Part shown: piece by piece, positions 39,787 to 49,820 of the stretch | How the letters are laid out: the number at the start of each line of letters is the position of its first letter | Position numbering within the stretch: position 1 is the stretch's first letter | Source: an uncultured Bacteroidota bacterium | Lineage (GTDB): Bacteria > Bacteroidota > Bacteroidia > Bacteroidales > UBA10428 | Direction of reading: 5' to 3' | Length of the DNA: 64,000 bases | NCBI GenBank assembly: GCA_963733535.1 | Contig: CAVTDR010000006.1 | Location: 1,926,775 to 1,990,774, forward strand | Position numbers and translations under genes: made by a program | The notes under the pieces: generated by a model | Told to the model about the DNA's origin: nothing | The model's database searches: none | What the model saw: only the letters and a program-made list of their open reading frames with translations

Positions 39787-41133
39787 TTATTTATTAGAGG
39801 CAATACCGGCAATATACCGGTCGACATCAAATTTTCTTTCACAACCGGAGCGGTTCATATAACGGATTTTACCATATATTTCCCTTTCAGGCCAGGGACG
39901 ATCATGAATGCCACCAATCGACCATGCGCAGCCAGTATATCCATTAGGATCGCGTCCATCGAGCTGAAATTTATCATTAAGAAAAAGGGCTATTTTTAAC
40001 GCTTCTTCAGGACTCTCCGACCACTCCAGAATTTTTTTTGCCCAGTACATCCGCATGTACCCATGCAGACTACCGAGAACAACCATATTGGTTTGAGCAG
40101 CGTTCCACAATTCGTCATGGGTAACTGCACTTTCAAACTGATCTGCTGAATAAACAAACTCCCGAACGTCGCCCCGATGCCTGTCTAACGATTCCCTTGC
40201 CCACGATTTAAAACCTGCAACCGAATCATACGCCGGGTTATAATAACAGAAATTGTCTGCCAGTTCCTTGCGAACGATCAGTTCATCAAGGAACGATTCG
40301 GTGTTGTCATCCATCTGCAACCGGGAGAAGATTTCCAGTGCAATCCGCTGCGCGGAAATATGCCCGAAATGCAGAAACGGAGATAAGCCCGAAACAGCTT
40401 CTTCATTTGGATTGTTTCTGAGCGCTGCGTAAGACACCATCCGCTCGTTCAGAAATTTTTCCAAAGCAATTGCAGCGGTTGCTTCCCCGGGAATAATCCA
40501 GTTCACAGGTTTTACCAAGCGATTAATTTTCAGGGTAATTTCAATGGTTGCCCAGTTAATCCGATGGATGGAAGGTTTTCCTTGTTGTTTGAGAATAGGT
40601 GGAAATTCATCGAGAAATTCAGGCATTAATTTTTTGATTTTTAAACGGAAATGCGCTGCTGAATATTCTTCTTTATCCGATGCAAGAAAACAAGGGACGA
40701 TGTTATGGGTGTCAACTACATCAAAAGGAATTTCAATGAGGGCACCTACCTTATCCTGCCATTCCCGCTTCATGCGCAGGGGATCAAAATCGGTAATAAG
40801 ATGGCTGATTTGATTCTGCCTGATAAAATTGGGCAGATTATCTTCGGGAGAACCGATAAGTATGGTAAAAGGAATATTGAGTTCTTTAAGCCGTATTTCG
40901 ACACGCTTGAGGCCGTTGATCATAAAATCATACTGACGCCATGTTGCACCTAAATAATTATCGGTAATATTAAACAATACCATAATATTATTTTGGGTGC
41001 TTTCGGCCAGCTCAATAGCGTAAGACAGCGCCCAATTATCACTAACGCGCTGATCACGGCTCATCCAGTACAATACCGGACCAATACCCGAAGGCCCGGT
41101 TCTGAGATGTTTTATTCTCTTAATATTAACCAT
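39787..41133 (-). CDS. phr: class II CPD deoxyribodipyrimidine photolyase
   Basis: PVLYWMSRDQRVSDNWAL ... GYMRMYWAKKILEW ... NGYTGCAWSIGGIHDRPW. Confidence 0.85.
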   Translation of the reverse strand: MVNIKRIKHLRTGPSGIGPVLYWMSRDQRVSDNWALSYAIELAESTQNNIMVLFNITDNYLGATWRQYDFMINGLKRVEIRLKELNIPFTILIGSPEDNLPNFIRQNQISHLITDFDPLRMKREWQDKVGALIEIPFDVVDTHNIVPCFLASDKEEYSAAHFRLKIKKLMPEFLDEFPPILKQQGKPSIHRINWATIEITLKINRLVKPVNWIIPGEATAAIALEKFLNERMVSYAALRNNPNEEAVSGLSPFLHFGHISAQRIALEIFSRLQMDDNTESFLDELIVRKELADNFCYYNPAYDSVAGFKSWARESLDRHRGDVREFVYSADQFESAVTHDELWNAAQTNMVVLGSLHGYMRMYWAKKILEWSESPEEALKIALFLNDKFQLDGRDPNGYTGCAWSIGGIHDRPWPEREIYGKIRYMNRSGCERKFDVDRYIAGIASNK

Positions 41134-41238
41134 ACGTTATTAATGTTGAATTTCGTACAGTTGTTCTGTAAAACTTATTAAAATCATTTTAAATTTACCA
41201 AAAAAAAGGATTGGCTGCCTTTCAAAATAAGTAACGAT

Positions 41239-42633
41239 TTGGGAAAGTATCTATTTATCACGATTTTAATATTGTTTACCTGGTTTATGCCTATAGCTGG
41301 CCAGGATTATTCTTCCGATAACCCTGCCTCTGAAGATGGATCTGCAGAATTACTTTTTCAGGCAGCCGATGAAGGGGATACATCTAAGATTCTTGTGCTA
41401 CTTCAAATGGGCGTAAGCGCTAATGTTGCTACATGGCAAGGTTTTACACCCATGATGTTTGCAGCACAAAACGGCTTTTCAGATGCCATTTCCATACTTT
41501 TAAGATATGGTGCAAATGTGAATGCCCGGTCGGAAAAAGGATATACAGCCTTGATTATTGCCATTGTCAATGGCTATATTGAAACCGCGGAGATGCTGAT
41601 CCGAAATGGGGCTGATGTGAACCTCACAGATATATACAAGATAACACCCCTGATGCATACCATTACGGTAGATACTTTTTATATGCCGGACCTGCTGTTA
41701 TATTATGACGCACAGGTAAATGCAAGCGACCATAAAGGGAGGACAGCGTTAATGCTGGCTGCGCAAAATGGTTTGTATGAAATCTCCATACGGATTCTTG
41801 AAATGGGTGCTCAGATTAATGCTGTTGATGATGTAAATAATACACCCCTACATTATGCAGTCGCTGCCGGGAAAAACAGTATTGCTGAACTTTTATTACT
41901 CAATGGGGCCGATATTGAGGCGAAAAATTCTGCAGGCTACACTCCACTCGCAGCGGCCGTCGCCAGAAATAATTATAAAACTTCAAAGTTGTTGATTGGT
42001 TACGGAGCGGATGTAAATGCGCGTATTGGCCTGGAGTTGAATCCGCTGTCTCTGGCCTTGAATAATAAAAACGATTCCATTAGGACCCTGCTGCTGAATA
42101 ACAATGCAGAAATGCTTCGAAAGCCGAATTTCAATTATTATACCCTGGGGGCCACCTATCGTTTTAATGATGATGATTCCCATGCCGGCATGTCATTCGG
42201 AGTTTCCGACAACCGCTATCATCTAATGGCTGATGTTGAATACGCCATCAGATTGAAAGCGGTGCAGGTACTTGATAAGCAGGATGCACATACCTATTAT
42301 CAGTTCTGGGAACGCAGGCATTTTGTTACTCTTAGTATTGGCAAGGGTTTTCTGAATCAGAATTTCGGAAAATCTGTTTCAGCAAGGGCATATGCAAGTA
42401 TCAGCCAAACGCTTACTTTTGGAGGATATATAGGATCTGAAAAAAATCCCGGCATTAAAACGGCTTTCAATCCCCGTATCGGGTGCATGTTCGACCTGGC
42501 ACGTTTCAGGGTAAAATTCGGATATGAATGGATGAATCTGAATGTTAAAAACTATAACGAGAATTGGTTTGGTGTTTCTATCGAATACCTTATAAACAGG
42601 AAAAGAGGACTGAACCGGATTCCGGCACCATAA
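41239..42633 (+). CDS. secreted ankyrin-repeat protein with a C-terminal beta-barrel-like domain
   Basis: TTG start and signal peptide. About 8 ANK repeats (for example TPLHYAVAAGKNSIAELLLLNGADIEAKN). The last 170 aa or so show an alternating beta-strand pattern. Confidence 0.8.
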   Translation: MGKYLFITILILFTWFMPIAGQDYSSDNPASEDGSAELLFQAADEGDTSKILVLLQMGVSANVATWQGFTPMMFAAQNGFSDAISILLRYGANVNARSEKGYTALIIAIVNGYIETAEMLIRNGADVNLTDIYKITPLMHTITVDTFYMPDLLLYYDAQVNASDHKGRTALMLAAQNGLYEISIRILEMGAQINAVDDVNNTPLHYAVAAGKNSIAELLLLNGADIEAKNSAGYTPLAAAVARNNYKTSKLLIGYGADVNARIGLELNPLSLALNNKNDSIRTLLLNNNAEMLRKPNFNYYTLGATYRFNDDDSHAGMSFGVSDNRYHLMADVEYAIRLKAVQVLDKQDAHTYYQFWERRHFVTLSIGKGFLNQNFGKSVSARAYASISQTLTFGGYIGSEKNPGIKTAFNPRIGCMFDLARFRVKFGYEWMNLNVKNYNENWFGVSIEYLINRKRGLNRIPAP

Positions 42634-43068
42634 ATGCGTAATATGAAAAATTTAATTCTGGGATTTTTCTTGATTCTGGTTCTGCCATCCTGTGATGAAA
42701 AGATATTTACTGCAGATGTGGACTGCGATGAATGTTACAGGGATGAACCAGAAAAGGCCGACCTGATTATCGACCTGACGCTGAATTATAAATACCGTTC
42801 GGTTCCCTTTACCGTATATGAAGGGAATATCGAAGACAATAAGATTATTTTAAGTGATACTGTAGACTTTTCTCCCGTTTATGTTTGGGTAAAGGTGAGA
42901 CGCAACTATTCTGTGAAGGCAGAATATAAAGATGGAGATCATGTTCTATATGTGGTTGATGGCACCCACTTGACAGTTAAATCGGTTGCCGATGCCTGTG
43001 AAGATGGAAGATGTTTTATTATTGAGCATGAACATATGGATGCCTCTGTCCGTAGGGGTTATCCTTAA
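42634..43068 (+). CDS. hypothetical lipoprotein
   Basis: Lipobox LVLPSC. The start abuts the stop of the ankyrin gene (taaATG). Confidence 0.5.
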   Translation: MRNMKNLILGFFLILVLPSCDEKIFTADVDCDECYRDEPEKADLIIDLTLNYKYRSVPFTVYEGNIEDNKIILSDTVDFSPVYVWVKVRRNYSVKAEYKDGDHVLYVVDGTHLTVKSVADACEDGRCFIIEHEHMDASVRRGYP

Positions 43069-43071
43069 TCA

Positions 43072-43470
43072 TTATTGAAGCATCACGATATCCACAACGG
43101 AATTCCCCGGCTTATTGTCCTTATATTTGATCAGGATGTCGTAAAATGCGGTTTTGTTGCACACAAATCCGATGGTTTCAAAGTATTTCTCTCCCATGGA
43201 ATTGGTCAGTACGAGGTTATCAGCATCTAAAAGCTGTATTACCGCCTTGCCGGCAAAGTTATCCCTGTGGTTGGTGATTTTGAACTTATAAGAAGTACCC
43301 TTATTCAGTTTAATCGTCATAAAATATTCATTTTCATAAGCCTGAGCACTCACATGTTCCAGCTTGAATTCAAGCTGCTTAATAAAAATCTCTTTCTGTT
43401 GTGCGCTGGACTTCAGAAAGCCGAATGAGAGCAAGGCGATCATCACAATTATTTGCCTCATAATCTGCAT
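43072..43470 (-). CDS. hypothetical secreted protein
   Basis: 132-aa ORF with signal peptide ...LKSSAQ. No recognisable domain. Confidence 0.5.
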   Translation of the reverse strand: MQIMRQIIVMIALLSFGFLKSSAQQKEIFIKQLEFKLEHVSAQAYENEYFMTIKLNKGTSYKFKITNHRDNFAGKAVIQLLDADNLVLTNSMGEKYFETIGFVCNKTAFYDILIKYKDNKPGNSVVDIVMLQ

Positions 43471-43522
43471 TTTTTTCCAAAATTAGAGAAACTGTAATTC
43501 TGTAAAAATATATTTGTCAACA

Positions 43523-44305
43523 CTAACGAACGGGTTTTAATGTAAGCCAGGTGAAATCACTATCCAGCATGATGAGCTTGGCATTCTCAGACACGCGATC
43601 CGTTTTCGATTTGGTAAGTTTTTCCACAATAGCTGCCATTTTTGTCTTATAATACTTTTGCGTAAGACCATTGCATAGCGATGTGCCATTTCTGAGGTAA
43701 AAAAGTGCTTTCACCTGACTAATTTCTTCAGAACCTGAAAGCGCCTGCTGGAGCGCACCTAAACGTGTCCATTGCTTCGAAACTCCCGGCCACCAGGCTT
43801 TGGCCTTTTCAATACTCAAGGTACGAATCAGCATCCTTTTTTCTTCTTCTGTCATGTAACTGATTTTTTGCTGATTACCGGGTTCCTGACAATAATCCAA
43901 AAAAGTTCTTTGAATAAAAGCCTCCAGTTCATTTTCCGGTAATTGAACCCCCGAAAAACCAAAGTTACGGAAAGTGAGATCTTCCAAAAGCCATCCGGCC
44001 CTCACACAAATTACATCAATATCATATTCAATCATTTGTCCGTGTCCGTATATTTTTTCCGCACCCGGATAAATCAGATCTCCTGTATGCTTTAATTTCC
44101 GGGTATTACAATTCCCTAAAAGATTTATAATTTCCGGAATAGCAGCAGAACCAAGACTTTCCAATTGTATTTTTGCTGAATTTACGGTGGGCCATTCAGC
44201 AGATACAAAATCGTTAATCAGAACCTTCACCGGGTCGGTGCCAGCATGGGAGAAAAGAGGCAGGGACCAGCAAATCAGCGATACATACAACAGGGTTCTT
44301 TTCAT
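43523..44305 (-). CDS. hypothetical secreted protein
   Basis: 260-aa ORF with signal peptide MKRTLLYVSLICWSLPLFSHA. No recognisable domain. Confidence 0.55.
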   Translation of the reverse strand: MKRTLLYVSLICWSLPLFSHAGTDPVKVLINDFVSAEWPTVNSAKIQLESLGSAAIPEIINLLGNCNTRKLKHTGDLIYPGAEKIYGHGQMIEYDIDVICVRAGWLLEDLTFRNFGFSGVQLPENELEAFIQRTFLDYCQEPGNQQKISYMTEEEKRMLIRTLSIEKAKAWWPGVSKQWTRLGALQQALSGSEEISQVKALFYLRNGTSLCNGLTQKYYKTKMAAIVEKLTKSKTDRVSENAKLIMLDSDFTWLTLKPVR

Positions 44306-44410
44306 AAATATTGATTATGTTAAATGATACGAAAAACCAATAAAAGGGTTATATATTCAGTGTGTAACCTTATTGGGTTTTAACTATATTCGCACGAATA
44401 ACAATATACC

Positions 44411-45397
44411 ATGGTTCAGATAAATTGGGGTATCATTGGCTGCGGAAATGTCGCAGAAATGAAAAGTGGTCCGGCATTTAACAAGGTGGCTGGTTCAAAA
44501 ATTCTGGCTGTGATGCGTCGTGATGGAAACAAAGCCAGAGATTATGCCATGAGGCACAATGTGCCCTTTTGGTATACCAATGCCATGGAGATTATAAATC
44601 ACCCCGATATCAATTGCATTTATGTTGCTACACCTCCTTCATCTCATCCGGATTATGCCATCCAGGCTTTGCGGAAAGGGAAGTCCGTTTATGTGGAAAA
44701 ACCTATGGCGGCTCGTTATACCGATTGCCTGAGCATGCACGAAACAGCGCGGACAACTGGACAGCCTCTTTATATTGCCTATTACCGCAGATATCTTCCC
44801 TATTTTTTGAAAGTGAAGGAAATTCTTGACAGCGGCATTCTGGGAACCATTGTTTATGCCGACATGGTAATACATAATGCGCCCCGTCCGGAAGAATTCC
44901 AAAAAGAGACGCTGTCCTGGAGAGTTATTCCTGACATTGCAGGCGGTGGACATTTTTATGATCTGGCTTGTCATCAGATCGATCTGATGCAATGGTTTTT
45001 TGGAGATGTAGAAATGGCATCTGGAAAAACCTATCACAAGAAAAATTTATATCCTGCAGAAGATACGGTGATCGCACGCATCGATTTTAAATCGGGGGTT
45101 TCAGTAAATGGCCGTTGGTGTTTTGTAGGTTCCGAAAAAGAACATATTGATTTAATTACTATATTCGGCACCCAAGGGTCGGTTGTTTTTTCTACATTTG
45201 ATTTCAACCCAATCCGCTTGCATAGTGGAAAGGGAGAGGAAATCTTCCTTCCTGAGAATCCGGAAAATATCCAGTATGGGTTCATCAGGAATATGGTGGA
45301 AGAACTGCAGGGGCTTAGACCTGTCAACACAAACAGTGAAAGCGCCACGCGCACCAATTGGGCTCTTGACGTAATATTGGGAAAAATAAAACCATGA
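44411..45397 (+). CDS. Gfo/Idh/MocA-family NAD(P)-dependent oxidoreductase
   Basis: N-terminal Rossmann fold WGIIGCGNVA and the EKP motif (VYVEKPMA). Confidence 0.85.
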   Translation: MVQINWGIIGCGNVAEMKSGPAFNKVAGSKILAVMRRDGNKARDYAMRHNVPFWYTNAMEIINHPDINCIYVATPPSSHPDYAIQALRKGKSVYVEKPMAARYTDCLSMHETARTTGQPLYIAYYRRYLPYFLKVKEILDSGILGTIVYADMVIHNAPRPEEFQKETLSWRVIPDIAGGGHFYDLACHQIDLMQWFFGDVEMASGKTYHKKNLYPAEDTVIARIDFKSGVSVNGRWCFVGSEKEHIDLITIFGTQGSVVFSTFDFNPIRLHSGKGEEIFLPENPENIQYGFIRNMVEELQGLRPVNTNSESATRTNWALDVILGKIKP

Positions 45398-46521
45398 AAA
45401 TTATTGCAGATGATAAAATCCCCTTTCTCAGGGGCGTTCTTGAACCTTATGCAGATGTCGTGTACGTACCCGGAAAAAAAATTGACCGGAATATCGTACG
45501 AAATGCCGATGCCCTGCTGGTTCGGACACGGACTTGCTGCAATGAGGAATTACTAAAAAACTCCACTGTTCGCTTTGTGGGTACCGCAACCATTGGATAT
45601 GACCATATTGATACACACTGGTGTGAAACCCATGGGATTACCTGGAAAAATGCGCCCGGTTGCAACGCCCGTTCGGTGAATCAGTACATTGCTTCTGTGC
45701 TGTTACATCTGGCGCGAACTTTGGGATTTTCTCTGAAAGATCGTACACTGGGTGTTATCGGAGTCGGCAATGTAGGAAGTAAAATTGTCCATACAGCCGA
45801 ATTGCTGGGCATGAAAGTGTATTTATGCGATCCCCCCAGGGTGCGCAATGAAGGAACATGCGGTTTTATCTCAATGGATGGCATACTCCGCGAATGTGAT
45901 ATACTGACATTTCATGTACCCCTGCTTACTGGGAGTTCTGATACTACCTTTCATATGATCAATTCAGAATTGCTTTCCAAAGTAAATCCCGGAACCATCA
46001 TCATCAATTCATCGCGCGGAGAAGTGGCCAATACGCAGTCTCTTAAAACCGCTTTATCCAACAAGACAATTGATGCCCTCGTACTGGATGTATGGGAAAA
46101 TGAGCCTGATATCGACTTGGAACTGCTGAAGGTATGTTCCATTGCAACACCTCATATCGCCGGGTATTCCACCGATGGTAAGGCGAATGGCACTGCCATG
46201 GTAGTACGCGAACTCAGTAAGATATTTTGCCTTGGACTGGAGGATTGGACACCTGAACAAATACCGCAACCTGAAAATGCTGAAATACATATCGACTGTT
46301 CCGGAATGTCTGCTGAGGCCATTATTGAAAAGGCTGTAATGCACACATACGATGTGAAGCAGGATGATATCCGTCTGAGGCAACATACAGCGGATTTTGA
46401 AAAATTACGGGGGGATTATCCTTTGCGCAGAGAGTTTACTGCTTATAGCGTAATTCTTGAAAATTCAAAGGATCCAGCCGTCGCTAAAACCTTACGAAAA
46501 ATGGGATTTTCGATTTTATAA
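45394..46521 (+). CDS. pdxB: 4-phosphoerythronate dehydrogenase
   Basis: It aligns by eye to E. coli PdxB: MKIIADDKIPF...VGTATIGYDHID...APGCNARSV, GVIGVGNVG, and a C-terminal dimerisation domain. Confidence 0.8.
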   Translation: MKIIADDKIPFLRGVLEPYADVVYVPGKKIDRNIVRNADALLVRTRTCCNEELLKNSTVRFVGTATIGYDHIDTHWCETHGITWKNAPGCNARSVNQYIASVLLHLARTLGFSLKDRTLGVIGVGNVGSKIVHTAELLGMKVYLCDPPRVRNEGTCGFISMDGILRECDILTFHVPLLTGSSDTTFHMINSELLSKVNPGTIIINSSRGEVANTQSLKTALSNKTIDALVLDVWENEPDIDLELLKVCSIATPHIAGYSTDGKANGTAMVVRELSKIFCLGLEDWTPEQIPQPENAEIHIDCSGMSAEAIIEKAVMHTYDVKQDDIRLRQHTADFEKLRGDYPLRREFTAYSVILENSKDPAVAKTLRKMGFSIL

Positions 46522-46548
46522 CGAACATAATTTAAATTTTTTTTTCAT

Positions 46549-48003
46549 ATGAATGCAAAAGCAGATATTGGATTGATTGGTCTCGCCGTGATGGGGGAAA
46601 ACCTGGTGCTGAACATGGAAAGTAAAGGATATACCGTGGCAGTATATAACCGCTCAGTGGAGAAAGTCGACAAGTTTATTCAGGGCCGCGGAAAAAATAA
46701 AAATTTCATAGGCGCTCATAATATCAGCGATTTTGTCCAGTCGATTCAGCGTCCCCGTAAGGTGATGATGCTGGTTAAAGCCGGTCAGCCTGTAGATGAG
46801 TTTATTGAACAGCTTCTACCCCTTCTTGAACCTGGAGATATTATTATTGATGGCGGTAATTCTCATTTTCCTGATACCATACGCCGTACACAATATGTGG
46901 AAAGCAAAGGTTTATTGTATATCGGAACGGGAGTTTCGGGTGGTGAAGAAGGAGCTTTGAAAGGCCCTTCAATTATGCCGGGCGGATCTGTTAAAGCTTG
47001 GGAACATGTGAAACCCATTTTTCAGGCCGTTTCTGCAAAAGTTGAAAACGGAACACCTTGCTGTGACTGGGTAGGGGAGAACGGCGCCGGACATTTTGTG
47101 AAGATGGTCCATAATGGCATTGAATATGGCGATATGCAGCTGATTAATGAAGCATACCATCTCATGAAAGATGTTTGTGGCTTATCATGCGATGAAATGC
47201 ACCGGATTTTTACGGAATGGAATAAAGGCGAACTCGACAGCTATCTGATTGAGATTACCCGTGATATTTTGGGCTTTAAAGATGAAGACGGCCAGCCTCT
47301 GGTTGAAAAGATTCTCGATACTGCCGGACAAAAAGGTACCGGAAAATGGACAGGCATTGAAGCCCTCAATCTGGGTATTCCACTGACATTGATAGTGGAA
47401 GCTGTTTTTGCACGTTCCTTGTCTTCCTTTAAGGACGAACGTGTAAAGGCTTCAAAAATCCTGAAACGTTCAGTTCCTGAATTCAAAGGAGATAAAAAGG
47501 CAATGATCAGTGATATTCGGGATGCATTATATGCAGCTAAAGTTGTTTCTTATGCCCAGGGTTATTCTTTGATGAAGGGCGCAGCAACCGATTATAAATG
47601 GAATTTAAACTACGGTGGTATTGCTTTGATGTGGAGAGGTGGTTGTATCATTCGTTCCGCTTTTTTGGGAAAAATAAAAGAAGCATTTGACAAAAATCCC
47701 AACTTGGACAACCTGTTGCTGGATCCCTATTTTACCCATTCCGTGCTAAAGGCACAGGAAGGTTGGCGCAGGGTTATTGCTGCTGCGGTGGAGCAGGGCA
47801 TACCTGTTCCTGCCATGTCGTCAGCATTGGCATATTTCGATGGATACCGTGCGGAGCGACTTCCGGCGAATCTTTTACAGGCGCAGCGGGATTATTTCGG
47901 AGCGCATACCTATGAGCGTACCGATAAACCGCGTGGGGAATTCTTCCATACCAACTGGACCGGCCGTGGTGGAGATACGGCATCCACTACTTATAATGCC
48001 TGA
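46549..48003 (+). CDS. gnd: 6-phosphogluconate dehydrogenase (decarboxylating)
   Basis: IGLIGLAVMGENL, GGNSHF, GAGHFVKMVHNGIEYGDMQLI and RDYFGAHTYER. Confidence 0.9.
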   Translation: MNAKADIGLIGLAVMGENLVLNMESKGYTVAVYNRSVEKVDKFIQGRGKNKNFIGAHNISDFVQSIQRPRKVMMLVKAGQPVDEFIEQLLPLLEPGDIIIDGGNSHFPDTIRRTQYVESKGLLYIGTGVSGGEEGALKGPSIMPGGSVKAWEHVKPIFQAVSAKVENGTPCCDWVGENGAGHFVKMVHNGIEYGDMQLINEAYHLMKDVCGLSCDEMHRIFTEWNKGELDSYLIEITRDILGFKDEDGQPLVEKILDTAGQKGTGKWTGIEALNLGIPLTLIVEAVFARSLSSFKDERVKASKILKRSVPEFKGDKKAMISDIRDALYAAKVVSYAQGYSLMKGAATDYKWNLNYGGIALMWRGGCIIRSAFLGKIKEAFDKNPNLDNLLLDPYFTHSVLKAQEGWRRVIAAAVEQGIPVPAMSSALAYFDGYRAERLPANLLQAQRDYFGAHTYERTDKPRGEFFHTNWTGRGGDTASTTYNA

Positions 48004-48111
48004 AAAGGAAGTTGTGTAGAAAAGAAGTATATATCTAATTTATTTTATCCTGCTCATTGACGGTAACGTTATAGTTTAGTTGTTCAACGTTTGAACTCTA
48101 ATCTGCCTTAC

Positions 48112-48345
48112 TAAAAGCACCGTGGGCTGGCCTTGACAAAACGTGATGTCGGCGAGGCGGTGAATGCCGGAAGGCTTGGAATTTCAATAAAGGGCCTTGG
48201 CTTTAGCAGAACCGGACAAGACATTTTATTTATTCGTTTTGATTTACGCTGGGTGTCCGGTGCTGCGATTACTTTATTTGAAATTCCTGCCTTCCGGCAG
48301 AGCGGGGCGGGATCGTTTTGTCTAGATTTTTCTTGCTTCGTTCTT
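48112..48345. repeat. interspersed structured repeat, family A, copy 1 (5' part, truncated by the IS insertion)
   Basis: It aligns by eye to 55432-55665, apart from a 39-nt block (48219-48257) that is unrelated in sequence but equal in length. Confidence 0.8.
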
Positions 48346-48579
48346 CTATGTTGCAAACCAAGTTTTATTGAAGTTTTTTTCATTTTTTTTCAATTAATTT
48401 TACAATTGTGAAGTTGAAGAGGAAACAGGCTCTGCTGAGGAGCAACCTGTCAGCAATAGACTTCATGGATGTACTGCATTTTGGGAAGGGATAAAAACTC
48501 CCTTCCCAAAATAAATGCAGGTATCCTATATGGCTAAAAAAACCTAGCCAGTAAAGTGGTTAACTATTCAAAGAATAAA

Positions 48580-48733
48580 ATCTACAAAAACAACCTTCTA
48601 TCAACAGACCCTGTATGAGGGCTGCATTACCTCGCTTTAGTTTTTATAGAATGTGAGCTGTTGCCTTTGCATAACAGATTCTCTAAGAACTGTAAGAACG
48701 AATAACAGGCTCACAAGAGTTGTTTTTGTAGAT
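48580..48733 (-). ncRNA. candidate bridge/seek RNA domain of the IS1111-like element
   Basis: A perfect 15-bp closing stem (48580-48594 / 48719-48733) lies 7 nt past the transposase stop. An inner stem (48653-48662 / 48704-48714) encloses a 41-nt loop. The loop is bounded by gcctttgca (identical to the right junction 49901-49909) and aagaacgaa (reverse complement of the left flank 48337-48345). Confidence 0.5.
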
Positions 48734-48740
48734 ACTATAT

Positions 48741-49820
48741 TTATTTAGCCCATGAAGACACATATGGTTGTTTATTTTTCAATACAAATTTTATTCTGCT
48801 CAGTAGCTTTTTCGCTATTCTTACTATTGATTTATTTGCATCCATTCGTTTGCAATAGGCAAGATGACTATTTAATAACACTGGATCAAGGCGTACGGCG
48901 GTCCATGCACTTTCAATGATCGCAATGCGTAATACGCTATGACCTCTTGGGGTAACATCTCCGATTTTTTCCTTCTCTCCCGAGCTTTTCGTTGATGGCA
49001 CAAAGCCTATATAACAACATAACTTGTCGAAATTGTCAAACCTGAGTATACTTTCCAATTCAGTCAGAATGACCATGGCTGTTAATAACCCAATACCTGG
49101 AATACTTCTTAATAAAATAACATTATTATGATAAGTATCAGTCTGACTTAGTTTGTGAATCTGTTTAGTTAAATCCAGAATAGCTTCTCTTAAGTTTTTA
49201 CTCTGTTGAATAAATGAACTTAGTGCAATTTTTCCACTTTCTTCCTTTAATTCAATGGATTCAAGCCAGGTCATAAACCTTTGCGACCAATGACTTTGAG
49301 ACTTGTTGAATGAATCGGGATAGTCAATACCATGAAAATAGAGAAACGACTTAATCCGGTTCTTAAACCGGACCATATCTTTCACCATGGTAGCACGAGC
49401 TCTTAAAAGACCACGGTCTTCGAGTGTTTTTAAACCCGGAACATAAATAGCTTTAAGTTCTCCATTTCGTAAGAATCGTGCAATTTTCCTGCTATCTCTT
49501 TGATCTTCTTTTTGCACTTTTTCCTTATTGGTTGTTGGAATATCCCCCGGATTAACAACAATAGAGTTTATTCCTAGTGATATCAGTTTATTATGTATCC
49601 AATATCCACAAAAACCTGCTTCATAGGCGGAATGATATATACCGCCAGGAAAATTCCGTACAAGATACTGATGCAAAAGTTCAGGATTTGGATCCTGTGA
49701 AAATGTCTTTATCGCCACCTTTTCCGTAAGAACAGTCACTTTCCAGCTTTTTAAATGCACATCAAAACCTACATAAATGTTTTGATTGCTGAAGTCTAAT
49801 TTGTTACTTTGTATATCCAT
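48741..49820 (-). CDS. IS110-family transposase
   Basis: YVGFDVHLKSW, the DEDD-type N-domain and IPGIGLLTAMVILTELESILRF...VPSTKSSGEKEKIGDVTPRGHSVLR. Confidence 0.9.
   Translation of the reverse strand: MDIQSNKLDFSNQNIYVGFDVHLKSWKVTVLTEKVAIKTFSQDPNPELLHQYLVRNFPGGIYHSAYEAGFCGYWIHNKLISLGINSIVVNPGDIPTTNKEKVQKEDQRDSRKIARFLRNGELKAIYVPGLKTLEDRGLLRARATMVKDMVRFKNRIKSFLYFHGIDYPDSFNKSQSHWSQRFMTWLESIELKEESGKIALSSFIQQSKNLREAILDLTKQIHKLSQTDTYHNNVILLRSIPGIGLLTAMVILTELESILRFDNFDKLCCYIGFVPSTKSSGEKEKIGDVTPRGHSVLRIAIIESAWTAVRLDPVLLNSHLAYCKRMDANKSIVRIAKKLLSRIKFVLKNKQPYVSSWAK

Noticed and set aside
48219-48257. The hypervariable 39-nt cassette plus a reverse transcriptase in the same window might indicate a diversity-generating retroelement (TR/VR pair)
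   Set aside because: The two cassettes differ at most positions, not selectively at adenines. They lie outside any credible ORF. The only RT, at 60326-61573, has full group II intron hallmarks (domain V/VI and maturase X domain).
48164-48300. Family A repeat as SRP RNA, 6S RNA or RNase P RNA, because of the CCGGAAGG-containing long hairpin
   Set aside because: The sequence lacks the conserved SRP domain IV motifs and the RNase P universal regions as I remember them. It is present in at least two copies with a variable centre, unlike housekeeping RNAs.
48111-48411. Track ORFs 48111-48383 (-) and 48133-48411 (+), and 55572-55796 (+), as protein genes
   Set aside because: They lie entirely within the family A repeat. 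Their frames are not preserved between the two copies and they cross the hypervariable block. Their composition is that of translated hairpins.
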